From Squalus acanthias (taxonomy: Eukaryota), in assembly GCA_030390025.1 (NCBI GenBank), contig CM059432.1:29018001-29082000 (forward strand): a stretch of 64,000 bases of DNA. Direction: 5' to 3'. The position numbers and the translations under genes are program-made. The notes beneath the pieces are model-generated. The model saw nothing but the letters and a program-made list of their open reading frames with translations, was not told where the DNA came from and did not search any database. Within the stretch, counting starts at the first letter, position 1. Each line of letters begins with the position of its first letter. Below are positions 61,180 through 64,000 of the stretch, in pieces.

Positions 61180-62878
61180 AGTCATAGAGTCATAATGAAA
61201 GAAAGACTTGCATTTATATAGCGCCTTTCAAGACCACCGGATGTCTCAAAGCGTTTTACAGCCAATTAAGTGCTTTTTGAAGTATAGTCACTGTTGTAAT
61301 GTGGGAAACGCGGCAGCCAATTTGCGCACAGCAAGCTCCCACAAACAGCAATGTGAAAATGACCAGATAACCTGTTTTTGTTATGTTGGTTGAGGGAGAA
61401 ATATTGGCCAGGACACCGGGGATTATTCCCCTACTCTTCTTCGAAATAGTGCCATGGGATCGTTTAAGTCCACCTGAGAGAGCAGACGGGGCCTCGGTTT
61501 AATGTCTCATCTGAAAGACGGCACCTCTGACAGTGCAGCACTCCCTTAGCACTGCACTGGAGTGTCAGCCTAGCTTTATGTGTGCAAGTCCCTGGAGTGG
61601 GACTTGAACCCACAACCTTCTGACTCAGAGGCGAGTGTGCTACCAACTGAGCCACAGCTGACACAGAAGGAGGACATTCGGCCCATCGAGTCCGTGCCAG
61701 CTCTCTGTAGAGCAATCCAGTCAGTCCCATTCCCCCGCTCTACCCCGTAGTCCTACAAGTTTATTTCCCTCAAGTGCCTATCCAGTCTCCCCTTGAAAAC
61801 ATTGAGTGTCTCCGCTTCCATCACTTCCATTGGCAACGAGTTCCAGTTCCTCACTACTCGCTGCGTAAAAAAGTTTTCCCTCACATCCCCCCTGTATCTC
61901 TTGCCCAAAACCTTAAATCTGTGTCCCCTAGTCCTTGTACCATCAACTAGTGGGAACAGCCTTTCCCCGTCTAGCCTATCCAAACCCGTCATAATCTTGT
62001 ACACCTCAATCAAATCACCCCTCAACCTCCTTTGCTCCAATGAAAACAAATCCAGCTTCTCCAACCTGTCCTTGTAGCTAAGATCCCCCATACCCGGAAC
62101 CATTCTGGTAAATCTCCTCTGCACCCTCTCAAGTGCCTTCACATCCTTCCTAAAGTGTGGTGACCAGAACTGGATACAATACTCCAGTTGTGGCCTAACC
62201 AGCGCTTTATAAAGGTTCAGCATAACTTCTCTACTTTTGTACCCAATACCTCTATTTATGAAGCCCAAGATCCCATCTGCTTTGCTAACCACTCTCTCAA
62301 TATGTCCTGCCACCTTCAGGGACCTATGCACATTAACTCCCAGGTCCCTCTGTCCCTGCACACTCTTTAAAACTGTGCCATTAAGTGTATATTGCCTCTC
62401 CCTGTTCCTTCTGCCAAAATGCATCACCTCACACTTCTCTGTATTAAATTCCATCTGCCACTTGTCTGCCCATTCTGCTAGCCTTTCTATGTCCTGTTGC
62501 AGTCGATTGGTATCATCCTCAATGTTTGACACATCCCCAAGTTTGGTTTCATCGGCAAATTTAGAAATTCTACTCTATATTCCAATATCCAGGTCATTTA
62601 TATATATCAAAAAAAGCAGTGGCCCCAGCACTGACCCTTCGGGGACACCACTGTCTACTATCCTCCAGTCTGAAAAACAGCCATTTACCACAACTCACTG
62701 TTTTCTGTCCTTAAGCCAATTCCTTATCCAAGTTGCCACTGACCCACCTATTCCATGAGCCTCAAATTTGTTAACCAGCCTTCTATGTGGTACTTTGTCA
62801 AATGCCTTCCTAAAATCCATGTAGACAACATCCATTGCCTTCCCTTCATCAATCCTCCCTGTTACTTCATCAAAAAAT
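61180..62878 (-). mobile_element. 5'-truncated CR1, tail separated by the SINE insertion
   Basis: [33 protein letters not shown]; tail gtcatagagtcata at 61181-61194. Confidence 0.92.
61197..61664 (-). mobile_element. Deu-domain tRNA SINE (SacSINE1-like), well preserved
   Basis: Head gtgtcagctgtggctcagttggtagc (A box) ... gggttcaagtccc (B box); tail gcaagtctttctttc. Confidence 0.9.
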
Positions 62879-62893
62879 AAGCCACGTTTCCGT

Positions 62894-63498
62894 TGTAAGG
62901 GTAAAATTAATTGTAATAATGTAAGGGCAAATCAGTTGTAATGCTTAAAGTTAGTTGGACTGCTTAAAAGACTAGAGTAAAGGTCAAAGTATCTCCCGAA
63001 GGCCACAAGCCAATGGAGACAGGGGTATAATTAAATAAGAACCTGCTTGCTTGGTCTGCGGTATAGATAATGCAGACACTGCAGAACAAAACGTGAATCA
63101 TTGTTGTCTATAATAAACTAACCTCGAATGGTGTCCAATCACTAACAGACAACTCAGGTTGACCGAAGCTATGATGGAGCAAGAATAAACCTTGCAGCCC
63201 AGATGGCTAACCACCATTAGACAAAAGCAGAACTAGAGGATGGGTTTCGCTAACATTGTAAGATTCTAATCAGGGTGTTTTTAGAGACCCGACTAAGGGT
63301 CGCTCATGATGTAATAACTGCTGATGTTTGTACTTTCTGGCTTCTTGAAGTGTATAAAGAAGCTGGGCTGCTACTATTAAATTGAGAAGCTGGTCACTAG
63401 ACCGCATGGGCAATGACTCTTCTCCCAATGTGCTTTGAATAATAAACTGTGATCTTTTGCTTTGAGACAGCCTCGAGTGAATTAATTTTTTACCAACA
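62894..63498 (+). mobile_element. Solo LTR (605 bp)
   Basis: TG...CA termini with inverted ends (TGTAAGGGTAAAATTAATT / AATTAATTTTTTACCAACA), 4-bp TSD CCGT, TATAAA ~63353, AATAAA ~63441. Confidence 0.88.
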
Positions 63499-63737
63499 CC
63501 GTTATTGCCACAACATCATATTGCCACACGACTAATTGTGCTTGCAGCTCACCAAGTGTAGAATGGAAAACTGTCACTACCACATTGGGATGAGAAGCAG
63601 AAATAAAATCAACTAAAACTGATAATCAACAGCCTCCACCCCCCAAATTCACTGACCAGATTGAGGGGCAAGACTTCATTATCACAAATAATGATGAAGC
63701 CCCTCAAAGAGATGGATGACAAGGATCTCATGTTATA

Positions 63738-63940
63738 CTGCACTGTGGAAATTGCTACCACATGGAGCAGTTGAGGTGAATAGCATAGATATATTTAAGG
63801 GGAAGCTAGATAAGTACATGAGAGAGAAAGAAATTTAAGGATATGCTGATAGGGTTTGATGAAGTAGGGTGGGAGGAGGATCGTGTGGAGCATGAACACT
63901 GACATAGACCAGCTGGGCCAAATGGCTGTAAATTCTATGT
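63738..63940 (+). mobile_element. Old CR1 3' fragment
   Basis: tttaaggggaagctagataagtacatgag...ggatatgctgatagg...ctgggccaaatggc. Confidence 0.65.
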
Positions 63941-63951
63941 AATATACAATA

Positions 63952-64000
63952 CTGTGGTAGCACTTTTACATCTGACTCAGAAAGTCAGGGGTTCAAGTCC
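63952..64000 (+). mobile_element. SINE 5' head running off the window
   Basis: ggtagcact...tcagaaag...gggttcaagtcc. Confidence 0.5.

Noticed and set aside
61590..61664. tRNA gene
   Set aside because: The A/B boxes belong to the tRNA-derived head of a SINE; no complete cloverleaf.

Overview
Eukaryotic, repeat-dominated vertebrate DNA, most likely a cartilaginous fish (shark or relative), inferred from Deu-domain tRNA-SINEs (SacSINE1-like), AmnSINE2-like repeats, CR1/L2/RTE LINEs and Penelope-type palindromes. No host protein-coding gene could be supported. The main structure is a PIF/Harbinger DNA-transposon system. An apparently intact autonomous element (49037-53185) encodes a 386-aa DDE transposase and a convergent, predicted 3-exon, 459-aa Myb/SANT-like partner. 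A disabled inverted sister copy lies at 7160-11262, a divergent TIR-less relic at 36918-39553, and about nine non-autonomous derivatives with 3-bp TSDs are spread through the window. Also present: a near full-length CR1 (esterase ORF1 plus APE-RT ORF2) with a candidate -1 frameshift site at the ORF junction, several CR1/L2/RTE fragments, two solo LTRs, a Tigger/pogo-like MITE, and a short Penelope-type insertion carrying a minimal hammerhead-ribozyme motif. Family names come from recognition and recall, not from database searches.
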